This document shows positions 11,222 through 20,084 of a stretch of 64,000 nt of DNA, piece after piece (the first letter of the stretch is position 1; every line of letters begins with the position of its first letter). The notes below the pieces were generated by a model, which saw only the letters and a list, made by a program, of their open reading frames with translations, was not told the DNA's origin and searched no databases. Both the position numbers and the translations under genes were made by a program. Source of the DNA: Candidatus Xenobia bacterium (GTDB taxonomy: Bacteria; Vulcanimicrobiota; Xenobia; Xenobiales; QWHO01); assembly GCA_045863235.1 (NCBI GenBank), contig BTUM01000001.1, forward strand, positions 333,106 to 397,105, written 5' to 3'.

Positions 11222-13176
11222 TCGGACCAGGCTCCATACCAGAGAGCGGCCCCATCACTGCGAGCCTGCAGTGGCCCGTCCCTTTCCAGGTCCCACGAGC
11301 CCTCGGGCAATTCCACCCGTGAGCCCTCCAACTGAAGGCTGGCTTTGCGTCTCCAGCCCCACTGCATTCGACCAGCCTGAATGAGCAGACTGGAAGGCTC
11401 GCTGATCACGCGCATGGGACCGAGCTGGGCCTGCTCACGCTCCAGGCTATCCAGACTGATCTCCAGATCGGCCCGAGCCACCCCCTGATCGCGCAAAAGC
11501 TCGCGCGAGCTACCCTCGAGACGAGCAGTTTCCCTGATCAGCAGGTGCTTTCCGTCCACGGTCAACCAGACCACCGCTCCCTGGGGAAGGTAAGCGTGAC
11601 GAATGGTCAGGGTCTTCTCCATCTGACCAACCTGAAAGGTCAGACTCACCAGCGAAACGACCAGACAGACCAGTCCCAGACCACGCCTGGAGGGTACCAG
11701 CAGCAAACCCAGACCGGCCCCATAGAAGAGCCAGAAGTCCAGTCCGGGCGTGGGAAGCCCAACGGGGGGAAGCACACGGGCCAGAACCTGGGGAAGGGTG
11801 ATCAACAAGTCCAACCCGAGCTGGGTGAGGCCGATCAGAGGAGCCGCCAGGCGACTATCCAGACCGATCAACCCTGAAGTGAAGAATCCGAGAGGCAGGA
11901 GGGCTTCAGCCAGGGGTGCCAGCAGCAAGTTGGCCGGCAGAATGGCCGGGGGGAGTTGATGGAAGGAGTGAAGGAGGAGGGGGGTGACCGGGAGACAGGC
12001 GGCCAGAGTGAGGGAGGAGGCCCGAGAGAGCCAGTTGAGGGCGCGATTTCGGAAGCGAAAAGTGAGGGAGGGCCCGTAGGCAAGCAGGCCCAGAACGGCT
12101 GCGAAGCTGAGTTGGAATCCCAGGTCGGACCAGACGCCAGGGTCGGCCAGAGTGCAGGCCAGGGTCGTGAGGAGGAAAGTCTGCCAGCCGTCCGAGCGGC
12201 GGCCGAGCGCCTGGGCCAGGAGGGCGAACAGGGCCATGAGGGTCGCTCGCACGATCGAGGGGGAGGCGCCGGCCAGGAGGCAGTAAAAGGTCACCGCGCA
12301 GGCGGCCGGACAGGCAAGCCGGTAGGAGCTGTAGCCGAGCCTTCGGCCGGGCCAGAAAATGAGGGAGGTCACGATGGCCACATTCAGACCCGAGGCGGCC
12401 AGAAGATGGCTCAGACCGACGGCCCGAAAGTCCTGCTCGACCTCAGCTGGCAGCTCGCCGGTCTCACCCAGCAGAATGCCTGCCAACAAGCCCCGCTGGG
12501 CCTGAGAATAGTGTGGTCGGAGGCTCTGCAGCAGGTCGAGCCGCAGGCGGCAGGCGATCTGCCAGGGGCTCCAGCCTGCGGGCGGTCCGAGCCGATCGCA
12601 ATCAGCCGGAGCAAGCCTGAGCTGATGGTGGATCCCTCTGTGCGCCGCCCAGACCCGGGCATCGAAGCTCCCGGGATAGGCTGGCCCGGCCAGTGGACGC
12701 AGACGACCCGTCAGGCGCCAACTCTCGCCGGGCGCCACCTCGGGCAGGAACTCCGCGGGCCCCCGCACCTCAACCAGGACACGGAACGGGCCCAGTCGCG
12801 GCCGACCTTCCACCCGCTCGACCTGAAAGGGAAAGCGAACCTTGCCCCCCTGGCAGCGTGCCGGTTCCAGCACCTGGCCGCTGCAGTCGAGCTCATGGCC
12901 GTCGTAACCCGCGGCCGGGTCGTGGGCCCGGGCTCGCGCCGCCATGCTCTCGCGGGCGTAGCCCAGAGCGGTGAAAGCGACCACCAGCAGCAAGGTCGCT
13001 GCCTGGCGCCGAAACCAGGCTTGATCGGGTCCGGCCGCTAGCGCCGCCAGGCAACCCGCTCCGGCCACCAGTCCGGTAACAAGGGCCAGTGCCCCCGGCC
13101 CCTTCTCGACCAGCATGACCCCGGCAATGGCTCCCAGGCAAGCCCATAAAACCTGGCGTTGAGTCAGCTCCTGCAC
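11218..13176 (-). CDS. comEC: ComEC/Rec2 competence protein (OB domain + Competence domain)
   Basis: GLSHLLAASGLNV, SPSIVRATLM, LGFQLSFAAV; multiple TM segments; degenerate C-terminal domain. Confidence 0.88.
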   Translation of the reverse strand: MQELTQRQVLWACLGAIAGVMLVEKGPGALALVTGLVAGAGCLAALAAGPDQAWFRRQAATLLLVVAFTALGYARESMAARARAHDPAAGYDGHELDCSGQVLEPARCQGGKVRFPFQVERVEGRPRLGPFRVLVEVRGPAEFLPEVAPGESWRLTGRLRPLAGPAYPGSFDARVWAAHRGIHHQLRLAPADCDRLGPPAGWSPWQIACRLRLDLLQSLRPHYSQAQRGLLAGILLGETGELPAEVEQDFRAVGLSHLLAASGLNVAIVTSLIFWPGRRLGYSSYRLACPAACAVTFYCLLAGASPSIVRATLMALFALLAQALGRRSDGWQTFLLTTLACTLADPGVWSDLGFQLSFAAVLGLLAYGPSLTFRFRNRALNWLSRASSLTLAACLPVTPLLLHSFHQLPPAILPANLLLAPLAEALLPLGFFTSGLIGLDSRLAAPLIGLTQLGLDLLITLPQVLARVLPPVGLPTPGLDFWLFYGAGLGLLLVPSRRGLGLVCLVVSLVSLTFQVGQMEKTLTIRHAYLPQGAVVWLTVDGKHLLIRETARLEGSSRELLRDQGVARADLEISLDSLEREQAQLGPMRVISEPSSLLIQAGRMQWGWRRKASLQLEGSRVELPEGSWDLERDGPLQARSDGAALWYGAWSD

Positions 13177-13388
13177 ATCTTCATGGTGAGGCGCGGTTGT
13201 TACCCGGAGACTGCCGACCTCTTGCCGTACTGTTGCGAACTTGTAACCAGAAGTTGAACGAGCGTGCCTTTCGATGCGCCCTGGTCACCGGGCTCATGAA
13301 ATCGGCGGGTTCCCAGAACCCCCAGACATGGCCCATGGACCCCTGGCTCGAAAGATCCCGGGGCTGATTACAACCAGGCCCTGCCAGA

Positions 13389-14306
13389 TCAACCTGGCTG
13401 GAGCAACACCTTCAAAACGCCCGGAGCGGCAGCCCGCTCGAAGGCTTCCAGGCCCTCTTGAAGAGCAAAGGTATGCTCAACCAGGGGATCGACCAGAACC
13501 CGCCCGGTGGCCAGCGCTTCGATGGCCGGGGGAAAGGGACCACAGCGAGAGCCCTGCAGCCTGATCTCCTTGACCATCAAACGAGAGGCCTGCAGGGGCG
13601 AAGGCTCGAGCCAACTCGATTTGAGAACGACGGTACCCAGCGGGCGCACGAGTTCGAGGGCAAGGTCTAGCAATGCCGGAGCGCCACTACACTCCACGAC
13701 CAGGTCAAAGCTCTCCGCGTCGAGCTCCTGGCGGCTGCCCACCCACCGCAAACCCAGTCTCTTCAGCAGGGCTTGCTTGGAGGGGCGCCGGCTGAGGACA
13801 GTGACCTCGGGGAGGAGCTGAGCCACCAGCAGCCCGAGCTTGCCATCTCCCAGCACCAGGGAACGCCCTGCAGTCTCAACCTGCTCAAGGATCCGAAAGG
13901 CCGCCGCCAGCGGTTCGACAAACACGGCCTGCACATCGCTCACACCGGCAGGCAGATGGTGCAGATTCTCGCGTGGAACGGCTATCCTCTGAGAGAATGC
14001 CCCGTGCTTGCCTCGGATGCCCAGCACCCTGCGCTCGGAGCAGTGGTTCCCCAGGCCCGACCGGCACCGGGCACAGACCCTGCAGGGACAGTTGATCTCG
14101 GCCACCACCCGCCGACCCTCAACCAGGCCGACGAACTCGTGGCCCGGGATGCCCCGGAATCCTGCATAACCAGCAAGCAGCTGCAGATCGGTGCCGCAGA
14201 TTCCGGCCAGGAGTACATCCACCACGACCTCACCCTCACCGGGAATCGGGTCCGGGCAATCAGGCCGGAACGCGAGCGTCCCGTTCTCGAGCCACAGCGC
14301 CCGCAG
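13389..14306 (-). CDS. Zinc-binding (MDR) alcohol dehydrogenase; probable CTG start at 14306
   Basis: GICGTD, GHEFVG, CRVCARC...C, GDGKLG; frame open upstream of the GTG at 14225 to (M)RALWLENG. Confidence 0.85.
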   Translation of the reverse strand: MRALWLENGTLAFRPDCPDPIPGEGEVVVDVLLAGICGTDLQLLAGYAGFRGIPGHEFVGLVEGRRVVAEINCPCRVCARCRSGLGNHCSERRVLGIRGKHGAFSQRIAVPRENLHHLPAGVSDVQAVFVEPLAAAFRILEQVETAGRSLVLGDGKLGLLVAQLLPEVTVLSRRPSKQALLKRLGLRWVGSRQELDAESFDLVVECSGAPALLDLALELVRPLGTVVLKSSWLEPSPLQASRLMVKEIRLQGSRCGPFPPAIEALATGRVLVDPLVEHTFALQEGLEAFERAAAPGVLKVLLQPG

Positions 14307-15005
14307 CTACAGACTCCGCTGCCAGAGAGCAAGCATCTGGCCGGCAGCCAGGGTGAATGCCAGAACCCCGACCAGCCAGACCAGCCAGCCTGACGAGGCG
14401 GCCTTGGAGGCGGGTCGTTCGGCGGAATAAGTCACCTCCGGGGCAGGTCGAGGATTCTCCTCCATCAGCTGCAGACGCTGAAAGAGCTGCTGATTGAAGC
14501 GCTCGAACCCCTGAGCCATCCCCTCCCAACGCCCGGCCTGAGTGCGAGCTGCGATCAGCTCTTGAGTGCGCTCCTCACAACGGTCGCGTTCCTTCTGTAG
14601 TTCCTCGCGCAGGCGGTCGAGCTCGACCCGAATGTACTCACTGAGCTCGGGTACGCTGGCCGGACCTTCCTCACTGGGGGAGGCGGGAGGGAGTGGGGGC
14701 TCCAGGTCGGCCCCGCCGGCAGCGCAGGCGACCCGCAGGGAACGGGGCTCCACCAGGTAGACGAAACCGGTGCGAGTGCGCACTTTCCGACTCTCGACCT
14801 TTCTCGCTTTGACCAGCCTTCGAATGGTTTGCTCGCTCTTGTCCACCGCCAGGGCGGCCTCTCGCAGAGTCAGATAACCGCCGGTGTCCAGCATGGTCTG
14901 CCCGGTCGGATCGAGCTCGACCGGGGTAACCAGACTATCCACAGCATCGTGCTCCCCGGAGTCTGTTTCATTGACTTCACTGATTTCGGTCATCGTGGCG
15001 ACCAT
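14307..15005 (-). CDS. Helix-turn-helix / coiled-coil protein with C-terminal membrane anchor
   Basis: AGGAGG SD before ATG 15005; YLTLREAALAVDKSEQTIRRLVK (excisionase/MerR-like HTH); coiled coil; hydrophobic tail WLVWLVGVLAFTLAAG. Confidence 0.7.
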   Translation of the reverse strand: MVATMTEISEVNETDSGEHDAVDSLVTPVELDPTGQTMLDTGGYLTLREAALAVDKSEQTIRRLVKARKVESRKVRTRTGFVYLVEPRSLRVACAAGGADLEPPLPPASPSEEGPASVPELSEYIRVELDRLREELQKERDRCEERTQELIAARTQAGRWEGMAQGFERFNQQLFQRLQLMEENPRPAPEVTYSAERPASKAASSGWLVWLVGVLAFTLAAGQMLALWQRSL

Positions 15006-15147
15006 CGCGCTTCGCCTCCTAAGAAAACTACTCAAGCTAGTCTTAGCTCAAGAGCAAGAATTTCCTTCAAGGACCCGAGCTGAAAAGCGAACCGCCTTTC
15101 CTGGCTTATCACAGAAAGGAAAACCGCCAGAAAGCAAGAAATCAAGA

Positions 15148-15169
15148 CTTTGTGAGAAACTTCACAAAG
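15148..15169. promoter_or_regulatory. CRP/FNR-family-type palindrome TGTGA-N6-TCACA
   Basis: CTTTGTGA-gaaact-TCACAAAG, perfect 8-bp arms, in the divergent intergenic region. Confidence 0.6.
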
Positions 15170-15225
15170 TCGTCCCCAGGCCGATTTGAAGCCTGTTTCA
15201 GCGTCTGGACAGCGAGTTTTCCTTG

Positions 15226-16524
15226 ATGCCCGCAGTGCGAACTCGATCCCATGAGTTGGCCCAGGAGGCCTGCAAGCACATGCCGGGCGGTGTCAACAGC
15301 CCGGTACGCGCCTTTCGGGCCGTAGGCGGCGAACCGATCCTCTTCTCCTCAGCCCAGGGATGCCGATTGACTGATGTCGACGGCAATGAGTACATCGACC
15401 TGGTGGGCTCATGGGGGCCCATGATCTTGGGCCACGCCTACCCCAAAGTCATCCAGGCCGTACAGGAAGCCGCCTCGCGGGGACTTTCGTTCGGAGCCAC
15501 CACCGAGGCAGAGATCCGTCTGGCCGAGAAGGTCAAACAGCTCGTCCCCTCCATCGAGCTCTTTCGACTGGTCAACTCCGGCACCGAAGCCTGCATGAGC
15601 GCCCTTCGGGTGGCTCGCGGATTCACCGGTCGCGATCGCATCGTCAAGTTCGCCGGCTGCTATCACGGACACAGCGATTCTCTCCTGGTGAAAGCCGGCT
15701 CTGGTGCCCTCACGCTGGGCATCCCCGACAGCGGGGGAGTTCCGGCCGACATCGCGCGCAACACCCTGACTCTGCGCTACAACGACCTTGACGCCGTCCG
15801 CACCCTGTTTGCAGCCGAGGGGGACAACATCGCTGCCGTCATCCTCGAGCCGGTCGCAGGCAACATGGGTGTGGTTCCACCCGCTCCGGGCTTCTTGCAG
15901 CTCCTGCGCGAGAAGACCCACCGGTGCGGAGCCTTGTTGGTCTTCGACGAGGTGATGACCGGTTTTCGACTGGCCCCGGGTGGGGCCCAGGAGCATTACG
16001 AAATCACTCCCGACCTGACCTGTCTGGGCAAAATCCTGGGTGGAGGGCTCCCGCTGGCTGGCTACGGCGGACGCCGCGACATCATGGAGGTGGTGGCCCC
16101 GTTGGGTCCCGTCTACCAGGCCGGCACCCTGTCAGGAAACCCCGTGGCCGTAGCGGCCGGACTTGCCATGCTGCAGAAACTGAGCAACTCGCCCGGCCTG
16201 CACGATAGCCTGGACAACAAAGGGCGTCTGCTGGAGGAGGGCCTTCAGAGCGCCATCGCTCAACACCAGGTCCCCGCCCGGGTGCAGCGCGTGGGCTCCA
16301 TGCTGACGCTATTTTTTACAACCACGCCGGTGACCAACTTCGATACCGCCCAGACCAGCAGCACCGACCTCTTCGCCGCTTTCTTCCAGGGAATGCTGGC
16401 GCAGGGAATCTATCTACCGCCCTCGCAGTTTGAAGCGGCCTTTTTGTCCACCGCCCACACCCGCGAGGATATCGATCTGATCGTGGAAGCCGCCGCGCGC
16501 GTCCTGGCCGGCCTGAAGGCCTGA
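15226..16524 (+). CDS. hemL: Glutamate-1-semialdehyde 2,1-aminomutase
   Basis: MPGGVNSPVRAF, SWGPMILGH, NSGTEA, FDEVMTGFR, GKILGGGLP, YQAGTLSGNP. Confidence 0.97.
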   Translation: MPAVRTRSHELAQEACKHMPGGVNSPVRAFRAVGGEPILFSSAQGCRLTDVDGNEYIDLVGSWGPMILGHAYPKVIQAVQEAASRGLSFGATTEAEIRLAEKVKQLVPSIELFRLVNSGTEACMSALRVARGFTGRDRIVKFAGCYHGHSDSLLVKAGSGALTLGIPDSGGVPADIARNTLTLRYNDLDAVRTLFAAEGDNIAAVILEPVAGNMGVVPPAPGFLQLLREKTHRCGALLVFDEVMTGFRLAPGGAQEHYEITPDLTCLGKILGGGLPLAGYGGRRDIMEVVAPLGPVYQAGTLSGNPVAVAAGLAMLQKLSNSPGLHDSLDNKGRLLEEGLQSAIAQHQVPARVQRVGSMLTLFFTTTPVTNFDTAQTSSTDLFAAFFQGMLAQGIYLPPSQFEAAFLSTAHTREDIDLIVEAAARVLAGLKA

Positions 16525-16537
16525 GGAAGGAGCCATC

Positions 16538-17509
16538 GTGGTCATCGCGCCCCTGAAAGAACTCGAGGAGGATCTCCAGCGCGTCGAAGGCGTCGTGCTC
16601 GAGCTGCTGCAACGCCGCGGGGGCGCCGTTCGGCTACCGGCCGAGCTGATGTTCAAGAGCGGTGGCAAACGCCTGCGACCTGCTCTGGTGCTGCTCAGCT
16701 CGCGCATTCTGGGCCAGCGTCCCGATTCGGCCGTCAAGATCGGGGCCGCGGTGGAAATGGTTCACGGCGCGTCCCTACTTCATGACGACGTCATCGACGG
16801 CACCTTCATGCGCCGCGGTCAAGCAACCTTGAACGCCCTGGAGGGGAACCGCTTCACGGTGCTTCTGGGCGACTTCCTGCTCTGTGAATCGCTACTGGCC
16901 GTATCCGACCTCAACCAGGTCGTGCTGGTGCAGGTGGTCAGCGAGTCGGTGGCCCTGATGACCCTGGGTCAGCTCCTCGAGCTTGCCCATCAAGGCGACC
17001 CGTTCCTGGCGGAAGCCGACTACCTGCGCATCGTGGAGGGGAAGACGGCTTCCCTGATGTCCTGCGCCTGCAAACTTGGAGCCCTGCTGGGTGGGGCTGA
17101 CCCCGATCAGGTGGCCGCCCTGGGCGAGTTTGGACTGAACCTGGGTATCGCGTTCCAAATTGTGGACGATGTGCTCGATTTCTGGGGCGACCCCAAAGTT
17201 CTGGGCAAGCCGGTGGGTTCGGACCTGGGCGAGAAGAAGTTCACGCTTCCGTTTCTTGTTGCCATGCAAAGCAGCGAAGAGCCCGAGCGGGGGCGCATCG
17301 AGGCCCTGGTGACCAACGGCAAGCTCGCCAACGGCAGCGTTCAGGAGGTCGTCAATTGGATGGATTGCCATCAGGCACGCCCGCGCGCCTTGGAGCTGGC
17401 GCGTGGCTATGCTGATCGGGCCAGGCAAGCCCTGGCCCGAATTCCGGCAGGGCCTGCTCGCTTAGCCCTGGAAGAGGTGCTGCACTACGTTCTGGAGCGG
17501 GACCTGTAA
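16538..17509 (+). CDS. Long-chain polyprenyl diphosphate synthase (IspB/HepT-like)
   Basis: GGKRLRP, SLLHDDVID..RRG, GKTA, FQIVDDVLD, GSDLGEKKFT. Confidence 0.92.
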   Translation: MVIAPLKELEEDLQRVEGVVLELLQRRGGAVRLPAELMFKSGGKRLRPALVLLSSRILGQRPDSAVKIGAAVEMVHGASLLHDDVIDGTFMRRGQATLNALEGNRFTVLLGDFLLCESLLAVSDLNQVVLVQVVSESVALMTLGQLLELAHQGDPFLAEADYLRIVEGKTASLMSCACKLGALLGGADPDQVAALGEFGLNLGIAFQIVDDVLDFWGDPKVLGKPVGSDLGEKKFTLPFLVAMQSSEEPERGRIEALVTNGKLANGSVQEVVNWMDCHQARPRALELARGYADRARQALARIPAGPARLALEEVLHYVLERDL

Positions 17510-17875
17510 ATGGAATATGCCTATGTAGCGCTTTTCCTGTTGGGCGGGTTGGCCTTCGTTGGGGCCAGCCTGACACTGAACCGCTTCGTGACCTCTCCCC
17601 ACCGCCCCAGTGCCTCCAAACTGATCGCTTACGAGTGCGGCGAGCCCCCCATCGGAGAAGCCTGGGTCCAGTACAACGCTCGCTACTACCTGTTCGCGAT
17701 GATGTTCGTGCTCTTCGATGTCGAGGCCGCCTTTCTGATCCCGTGGGCGGTCGGCTTCAAGACCATGAGCCTCGACCTGGGCATCTTGCCTCTGCTCGAG
17801 ATGCTCGTCTTTCTCGGCTTGCTCGCCCTGGCGCTAATCTACGCCTGGAGAAAGGGGGCTCTGGAATGGGTCTGA
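17510..17875 (+). CDS. nuoA: NADH-quinone oxidoreductase subunit A
   Basis: YECGEPP, FVLFDVE, YAWRKGALEW. Confidence 0.95.
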   Translation: MEYAYVALFLLGGLAFVGASLTLNRFVTSPHRPSASKLIAYECGEPPIGEAWVQYNARYYLFAMMFVLFDVEAAFLIPWAVGFKTMSLDLGILPLLEMLVFLGLLALALIYAWRKGALEWV

Positions 17876-18462
17876 TCGACAAAATCCCGGCCTACGTGGA
17901 GAAAACACCCGGCGGTGGAGTCTTGATGACTCCCCTCAACTGGGTGGTCAATAATGTCAAAGCCAGCTCTCTTTGGTACATGCTCTTTGGTCTGGCATGC
18001 TGCGCCATCGAGATGATGGCCACGGGCGCCTCGCGCTACGACTTCGACCGCCTGGGCATGATCTTTCGCGCCACTCCGCGCCAGACCGACCTGATGATCG
18101 TGGCCGGCACGCTCACCCTCAAGATGGCACCGCGTGTCAAGTTGCTCTACGAGCAGATGCCCGATCCCAAGTACGTCATCGCCATGGGTGGCTGCACGGT
18201 CTACGGAGGGCCCTTCTACCATGACGGTTACTCGGTGCTCAAAGGGGTCGACAAGATCATCCCCGTGGACATCCACGTAGCCGGCTGCCCGCCCCGTCCC
18301 GAGGCCCTCATGCACGGCTGTATCGAGCTGCAAAACCTCATCAAGACCGAGAAGCTCGGTCACAAACGCGACCGTCCCGGCCTTCGCCACCTGGCCGCGG
18401 GCACCGTTCGCCCCTCGGGCCTGGTCGTGCCCGACTCGATGCGTGTCGTCCAGAACGCATGA
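17866..18462 (+). CDS. nuoB: NADH-quinone oxidoreductase subunit B
   Basis: GLACCAIEMM, YEQMPDPKYVIAMGGC, GCPPRPEAL; ATG 17866 overlaps nuoA. Confidence 0.95.
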   Translation: MGLIDKIPAYVEKTPGGGVLMTPLNWVVNNVKASSLWYMLFGLACCAIEMMATGASRYDFDRLGMIFRATPRQTDLMIVAGTLTLKMAPRVKLLYEQMPDPKYVIAMGGCTVYGGPFYHDGYSVLKGVDKIIPVDIHVAGCPPRPEALMHGCIELQNLIKTEKLGHKRDRPGLRHLAAGTVRPSGLVVPDSMRVVQNA

Positions 18463-18917
18463 AACGGGCGGATTTCCTCAAGAAACTCCAGGAGCGCTGG
18501 CCCGAGACCGTCCAGGACGAGCTCAACGAGAACGGGCTAGAGGCTCCTGCTCAGGCAATTCCCGAGGCGCTGGCCTGGCTCAAGGACGATCCGGAAACCC
18601 GGATGAACTATCTCGACTTCATCACCGCAGTCGACTACCCACCCGATACCATGCACGTGATCTACTCTCTGTATAGCCTGGATAAGCAACATCGAGTTCA
18701 GCTGAAAGTAAAACTCGATCGCCATCACCCTACTCTCCCGACCGTCTCCCACCTGTGGACCAACGCCGAATGGAACGAGCGTGAAATCTACGACCTGTTC
18801 GGGGTGGTCTTCCCGGGCCTGAACGACCCTCGCCGCATCCTGATGCCGGAAGACTGGGAAGGCCATCCCCTGCGCAAAGACTACCTCCACCCCAACCTTG
18901 CGAGCAAGCCTGACTGA
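18459..18917 (+). CDS. nuoC: NADH-quinone oxidoreductase subunit C
   Basis: AEWNEREIYDLFG, RRILMP..W.GHPLRKD. Confidence 0.95.
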   Translation: MKRADFLKKLQERWPETVQDELNENGLEAPAQAIPEALAWLKDDPETRMNYLDFITAVDYPPDTMHVIYSLYSLDKQHRVQLKVKLDRHHPTLPTVSHLWTNAEWNEREIYDLFGVVFPGLNDPRRILMPEDWEGHPLRKDYLHPNLASKPD

Positions 18918-20035
18918 TGTTGACCGAAGACCTGCGCGACGTCCGCACCGAAGAGTTCGAGCTGAACATGGGTCCCCAGCACCCGTCCACCCACGGCGTG
19001 CTGCGCATGATCCTCAAGATGGACGGCGAGAAGGTTCTCCATTGCGACCCGATCATCGGCTATCTGCATCGCTCCATCGAGAAGATGGCCGAGTCGCGCA
19101 CTTACACCCAGTTCATTCCGGTCACTGACCGACTCGACTACTGCACCAGCATGACTTCCAACTATGTCTACGTGCTGGCCGTGGAAGCCCTGGGCGACAT
19201 CAGCCCGCCGCCTCGGGCCGAGTACATCCGGGTCATCATGTCCGAGCTGAACCGCATCGCCTCGCACCTGCTCTGGTATGGCACGTTCTGCCTGGAAATC
19301 GGAGCCACCACACCCTTTCTCTATGCCTTCCGCGACCGCGAGAAAGTACTCGACCTCTTCGAGATGACCTGCGGTGCCCGGCTCCTCTACAACTACTTGC
19401 GCGTGGGCGGGGTGTCGCGCGACCTGCCGCCAAGCTTTCTCAAGGAAATGATCGACTTTCTGGATTACTGGGAGCCGATCATCCCCGAGTACGAAGACCT
19501 GCTCGACCAGAACCCGATCTTCTACAATCGGGCCCAGCAGGTCGGGGTCCTCACGCCCGAGCATGCCAACCGATTTGCTATCTCCGGGCCCAGCCTGAGG
19601 GCTTCCGGTGTGAACTACGACGTCCGCCGAGCCGATCCGTACTCGGTCTACAAGGAGCTGAAGTTCGAGGTGCCCCTTGGCAAGAATGGGGATGTCTTCG
19701 ACCGCTACCGGGTGCGGATGGAGGAGATGCGCCAGAGCGCGGCCATTCTGCGCCAGTGCGCCGAGATGATCCCTTCCGGCAAGTTCATCGACCTGCACAA
19801 CTGGCGTTTTACTCTGGCCCCCGGGGAGGTCTACAAGCACATCGAGTCGCCCCGCGGCGACATTGGCTGCTATCTCGTCTCGGGCGGCGGGGACAAGCCC
19901 TGGCGCTGCAAGTTCCGGACCCCCTCTTTCGTGCACATTCAGCTCTTCCGTGAGCTGATCAAGGACGTGCTGATCCCCGATATCATGGCCATCGCGGCCA
20001 GCTTCGACATCGTGCTCCCCGAGACCGACCGCTGA
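18917..20035 (+). CDS. nuoD: NADH-quinone oxidoreductase subunit D
   Basis: NMGPQHPSTHGVLR, GYLHR, RLDY, ELNRIASH, ESPRG. Confidence 0.96.
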   Translation: MLTEDLRDVRTEEFELNMGPQHPSTHGVLRMILKMDGEKVLHCDPIIGYLHRSIEKMAESRTYTQFIPVTDRLDYCTSMTSNYVYVLAVEALGDISPPPRAEYIRVIMSELNRIASHLLWYGTFCLEIGATTPFLYAFRDREKVLDLFEMTCGARLLYNYLRVGGVSRDLPPSFLKEMIDFLDYWEPIIPEYEDLLDQNPIFYNRAQQVGVLTPEHANRFAISGPSLRASGVNYDVRRADPYSVYKELKFEVPLGKNGDVFDRYRVRMEEMRQSAAILRQCAEMIPSGKFIDLHNWRFTLAPGEVYKHIESPRGDIGCYLVSGGGDKPWRCKFRTPSFVHIQLFRELIKDVLIPDIMAIAASFDIVLPETDR

Positions 20036-20084
20036 GGACTCGAAAGAGGAAAGCCAGGCCCGGCCTCAAACCTCCCGAAGGCTC

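Noticed and set aside
13177..13388. 212-bp gap upstream of comEC with small hairpins and a GGGGCTGATT string resembling a tmRNA 5' end
   Set aside because: No continuation of the tmRNA consensus; stems are short and expected at this GC content; no riboswitch motif recognised.
14307..14309. In-frame TAG between the HTH gene and the dehydrogenase as stop-codon recoding
   Set aside because: TAG is a normal stop in conserved genes here (rpmH, ychF, ybaB), and an SD plus CTG start explains the layout more simply.
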